Positions 62,301 through 64,000 of a DNA stretch of 64,000 nucleotides are shown piece by piece (the stretch's first letter is position 1; each line of letters starts with the position of its first letter). The notes under the pieces were generated by a model, which had not been told where the DNA came from, searched no databases, and saw nothing but the letters and a program-made list of their open reading frames with translations. Location: contig CAYVGC010000005.1 of NCBI GenBank assembly GCA_964449815.1, positions 1,275 to 65,274 of the forward strand. Reading direction: 5' to 3'. The stretch is from an uncultured Bifidobacteriaceae bacterium. GTDB taxonomy: Bacteria > Verrucomicrobiota > Verrucomicrobiia > Limisphaerales > UBA11358. A program made the translations under genes and the position numbers.

Positions 62301-62889
62301 AAACCTGCGCCTCCGGTTCGTAGCCCTGTGTTTCCAGCCATTCGACGAGGTCGAGCGGCGCGATTTTGGCGCCGCGCGCCAGCGTGCGGGTGCGTTCACG
62401 GATCTTGCCGGGCGGAAACGTTTTTTGCAGCAGCGCGGTGACGCTGGTGACAATCAGTGACGCGTGAGACGTGAGAGGTGGCGCGTTTTCAGAAAGCGTG
62501 ACGAGGGTTTGCAGGCGGTCGCTGATGATGTCGGCGTGCGGGAGCCTGCCTTCGTGCGGCAATGTTTCCCAGGCGGGATAGAAAAGCGGTTGAGCGGCGG
62601 GCGTTGAAAGTTGAGTGGTGCCGGCTTTGGGTCCGACCGCCAGCCAAGTTTCCAAATCCTGCTGAAAACTTTCCTGCGTTTTAAGATTTTCGGTGACAAC
62701 CACGAGGGGCTGCGCCGGAAGAAGTTTTTGCAGCAGCGCGGCGAAAAAAGGTTGCGCGGGCGCGGCGACGCCGGGAAAAGCCAGCGCTCCGCCATGCTCC
62801 AGCCGCCGGGCGAGAGCCTGCACGGCGGGAGCTTGCGTGACTTCAGCGAACCAATCGTTTGCCGCCCGGCTGGATGAATCTTGCGCCAA
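59377..62889 (-). CDS. mfd: Transcription-repair coupling factor
   Basis: 1170 aa. UvrB-homology N-terminus, CarD/RNAP-interaction region ([18 protein letters not shown]), SF2 motifs [11 protein letters not shown] and VIDEEQRFG, and a TRG/D7 C-terminus. Confidence 0.95.
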   Translation of the reverse strand: MAQDSSSRAANDWFAEVTQAPAVQALARRLEHGGALAFPGVAAPAQPFFAALLQKLLPAQPLVVVTENLKTQESFQQDLETWLAVGPKAGTTQLSTPAAQPLFYPAWETLPHEGRLPHADIISDRLQTLVTLSENAPPLTSHASLIVTSVTALLQKTFPPGKIRERTRTLARGAKIAPLDLVEWLETQGYEPEAQVSQKGELALRGGIVDVFPPTSPWPVRLEFFGDELESLRCFDPLSQISREEISSTTLPPAGELGILKSKAQSPKSKDFCLATLLDYLPSETIFLLCEPEPLALRAVEYAAQIPADDWFFIAWNDFLAKLDRRGMTRLEISAAEFEVQVLAGSPDRPKPGLALVAPVPGIPLFASLDAFRPLAERAPEPQVAEAQRREFFQQLHRWLRQDYAVHVFCNNAGERERFKEIWNENGFAAEEKLFIRTGSLARGFICDEAKFVIVTDAEIFGRYKIQRPRRLKSPHALAARSALDIDFTDLEEGDLVVHLQHGIGRYLGLKNLPAGSGTRGVDHSAPSSQPSTECLVIEYAAADPANEPPKLYVPVSESYLVSKYVGAGKAHPPLNMLGGLRWHKAKEQTEKAVRDVAAELLRIQAVRETQPGHACKPDTQWQREFESAFIYEETRDQLTAITETKADQERAKPMDRLICGDVGFGKTEVAIRAAFKCVMDGKQVAILVPTTVLAQQHFNNFRERMSDYPIRVELLSRFRTQREQTRVVKDLANGAVDIVIGTHRIVQDDIAFKDLGLVVIDEEQRFGVLHKEKFKRLRTMVDVLTLSATPIPRTLYLALTGARDMSTIQTPPHDRLPVETVATHYDERVIRDAIQRELHRGGQVFFLHNRVTTIEMMRAKLQSLVPDARIVVGHGQMDSDELEEVMTKFVNGEADVLLSTTIIESGLDIPNANTIIIDRADRFGLSELYQLRGRVGRYKHQAYAYLLLPRHARLLTDVRKRISAMKQYATLGSGFKIAMRDLEIRGAGNLLGAEQSGHITAVGFELYCQLLKQSVGALKGEKVKPRVEVRIALDFLELGATRDANSVNGASRITHCASLPHNYVTEPHHRIGIYRKFAQATDKPALDALQKELRDRFGPLPPPVELLLAVGELKILASEKAVTSIEVEEDKLKLTCHGDFIQLGGKFPRLTKKEARARLKEIKRLLLAI

Positions 62890-62946
62890 GCACGGGAAAC
62901 GTCGCAGCGAAAGCCGGCGGCGTCAAGCCGCACCGCACCGGACGGT

Positions 62947-64000
62947 TCAGTGCGGCGTGTTTTTCCAGCCGCTGGCCATGAACAATTCCGCGAGTTCGGC
63001 GACGTTGACCTCAGCGGCATCTGTTTTGGAAAGGTCATCCATCCGTTCATAATGAAGACTATGATCGCTCAGAAAGTGACCGGTTTGGGAGGCCCAAACC
63101 TGGGTGTAAGGCACGTCTGCCCAGCCAGAAGATTTCAGCGGGGCTGCGGGTAGACTGGACGGGGACAATGCTCCTAGGCGTGTGATCCCGGCCGCACTTG
63201 TGCCAGTCAGAACCCATACCCGATGACCGGATTGCAAGGCGGCGGTCATCCGATTGAACACGGACTGCATGCAATTGGTATTCTGGAGTTGAACTTTGAC
63301 GAGGTCGTAGCGGTGCTTGGAGTGATCAGTGATTGGCGGTAAAGTCGTCCAAGGGGTCTGGCTTTTAAAGTAATGGTCGAAGGTGATGCCATAATGCCAG
63401 GGGATGACGATCACCAAATCTTGCGAGGCGGCTTGTTTCATCAACTGGCCGGCAAACAAATCAACATTGGTAAAGCGCTGGCACAAATCACGTCCAGCAA
63501 AAGGGACGGAGAGGAGGGCGGTGGCGATGACAAAACCAAAAGCTGCCGCCCGGAAGCGGTTGCCCGGGAACGGCAGACTGAAGTCGAAACAGACTGCGGC
63601 GAGCGCCATTAACGGCAGGAAATACCAAGTTTGCGTGGACAGCCTGGCATACCACAGGAAGGCGATAAAGCCGGACAGCGCAGCCAACAGTGTTACCCCC
63701 GCGAACAATGGCAGGTCGGCGCTGGAATGAAAATTATTTTTAGCGTCCCTCAAACTTTTACACGGCATCTTGCCGGCATGGATGATCGTTGCCAGCACGA
63801 GCCCCGACCAAATCCAGGCGTAATCTTTCCAGGGAAATCCAACGGCGGCTCCAAAGTTTTTCCCCGCCGTATTTAGGTGGAACCCCGTCCGCAAACTCGC
63901 TGCGGATTCGGGCAGGGAAGTGATGGTTGTCCAGTAAGGCAGCAATGACGCGGCCGCCAGCAGTCCGGCCATCAGAATGACCGACGCCGATCGCCAGGAT
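62947..64000 (-). CDS. Hypothetical polytopic membrane protein (N-terminus probably beyond the right edge)
   Basis: The ORF is open to base 64000, and hydrophobic codons continue upstream of the Met at 63972. It has several TM segments followed by a soluble C-terminal region. No family assigned. Confidence 0.5.
   Translation of the reverse strand, partial: SWRSASVILMAGLLAAASLLPYWTTITSLPESAASLRTGFHLNTAGKNFGAAVGFPWKDYAWIWSGLVLATIIHAGKMPCKSLRDAKNNFHSSADLPLFAGVTLLAALSGFIAFLWYARLSTQTWYFLPLMALAAVCFDFSLPFPGNRFRAAAFGFVIATALLSVPFAGRDLCQRFTNVDLFAGQLMKQAASQDLVIVIPWHYGITFDHYFKSQTPWTTLPPITDHSKHRYDLVKVQLQNTNCMQSVFNRMTAALQSGHRVWVLTGTSAAGITRLGALSPSSLPAAPLKSSGWADVPYTQVWASQTGHFLSDHSLHYERMDDLSKTDAAEVNVAELAELFMASGWKNTPH

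Overview
This is a GC-rich bacterial chromosomal segment. The dispersed palindromic repeats and gene content suggest a Verrucomicrobiota/Planctomycetota-type genome, but that is inference only. Three blocks of conserved housekeeping genes are present: (i) 1-16.4 kb with engB, argG, a CDF transporter, DUF1015, rpmB, smpB, rpoZ, ispA, xseB, dxs, uxaC and uxaE; (ii) 49.9-57.2 kb with sdhCAB, folC, pyrG and kdsB; (iii) 57.5-64 kb with a malic enzyme and mfd. Between them lies an accessory zone. From 16.5 to 22.6 kb there is a decayed nuclease-helicase gene colonised by GC-rich palindromic elements, several MITE/REP-like repeats, and an AT-richer islet (NHL-repeat protein plus a HEPN-like protein) that truncates a serine-protease gene. 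From about 22.66 to 48.93 kb there is an AT-richer integrative mobilizable island. It carries two tyrosine integrases, an AbiV/HEPN-like gene, an ECF sigma factor, a GmrSD-type nuclease fused to an AlbA_2/Schlafen-like domain, and a tRNA-Leu(UAA) split by a group I intron. It also carries a MobA/MobL relaxase, a candidate oriT, a coupling-protein ATPase with three unknown genes, and RadC-type leading-region genes. The most interesting locus is a tightly coupled four-gene operon: SNF2 helicase, AAA_13 zinc-hook ATPase (RloC/PrrC-like), type III Mod and type III Res. Two strictly phased 21-bp degenerate tandem arrays (2095-2313 and 49146-49418) are not explained by ordinary annotation. All calls come from reading the translations and the sequence by eye. 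No searches were run and motif coordinates were hand-counted.
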